64,000 nt of DNA from contig OZ316891.1 in NCBI GenBank assembly GCA_973895155.1, positions 2,803,801 to 2,867,800 of the forward strand, given 5' to 3'. Of this stretch, positions 63,418 to 64,000 are shown piece by piece. The first letter of the stretch is position 1. Each line of letters begins with the position of its first letter. This DNA comes from Marsupella aquatica. Its lineage: Eukaryota; Plantae; Marchantiophyta. The notes under the pieces are model-generated. The model made no database searches. It saw only the letters and a list, made by a program, of their open reading frames with translations, and was not told where the DNA came from. A program made the position numbers and the translations under genes.

Positions 63418-64000
63418 CACTAGTAGAAACCGGGGCAATTTAGACCATACCTTATAGGACTAAGCCCACTAAGTCCTTTTTCCATACTTGAAACGACTCG
63501 CACCCATTGCACCGGTTTTGTTGAAGACTACAAAAGACTATTAGTGTTTTATGGTTCACTAAAAGACTATGAGAAGTAACCTTGCTACTTTGTGAACGGT
63601 GAATAGTCTAGCACATCATGGGTAATGTTCACTTATGTTGAGGAGGGGTAATTCTGTAAAGAGGGAGATAGCAAGGGGCATAACTCAATAAATGGCCTTA
63701 TTTGTGACAAAAAAGGTTTTGGAGTGAGGTTCATGGAGGGTGGACTACGGAGGGATCGATTACTAACTCCATCAATAAAAGGCCGAGATGCACAAAGGTA
63801 GATTTGTACCGGTCTCAAGGGGGTGTGGGTTTAGGGTTAGGGGGTTGTCCAGGCGAAGAACACTCGATTGAAATAGTGACGCAATGGTTTAGGGTAAAGG
63901 AACATGTTTAGGGACCCTAACTTGTTTGCTGCCTTGGGAGGATCTTGAGAGCCTGAGCTTGCAAGCGGCATGCACTCTAAAAATGGCCCTTGGCATTGCA
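63418..64000 (+). mobile_element. Terminus of a third CACTA element (C), running out of the window
   Basis: CACTAGTAGAAACCGG at 63418 has one mismatch to the left TIR of element A (CACTAGAAGAAACCGG). AGACTA/GGACTA/AGTC subterminal-type motifs follow it. Confidence 0.75.

Overview
Land-plant nuclear DNA with GT-AG introns; a non-flowering lineage is my guess only. The left half (1-33 kb) holds five recognisable host genes among degenerate repeats: a MATE transporter (-), an intronless NOC2 (+), plastid ClpP6 (-), an Abitram/Simiate-like gene (+) and RPS5 (-). The right half is a nest of transposons. Its centrepiece is an ~18.5 kb CACTA (En/Spm) element (35047-53593) with an intact 3-exon TnpD-type DDE transposase and a 10-exon TnpA-like gene containing a GW/WG- and RG-rich segment. 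Upstream of the transposase lie three intact, co-oriented cargo ORFs: an atypical PHD-like finger, a stand-alone EDM2-like triple-PHD module and a tandem BRCT protein resembling the DNA polymerase lambda BRCT. The element also carries a decayed captured RPL18a exon. A second, oppositely oriented CACTA fragment carries a diverged copy of the same EDM2-like gene with many synonymous differences, which suggests selection on the cargo. Copia fragments and the start of a third CACTA follow. The main hypothesis (inference) is a CACTA family encoding its own chromatin-reader, anti-silencing and DNA-repair accessory kit. All family assignments come from motif recall, not database searches.
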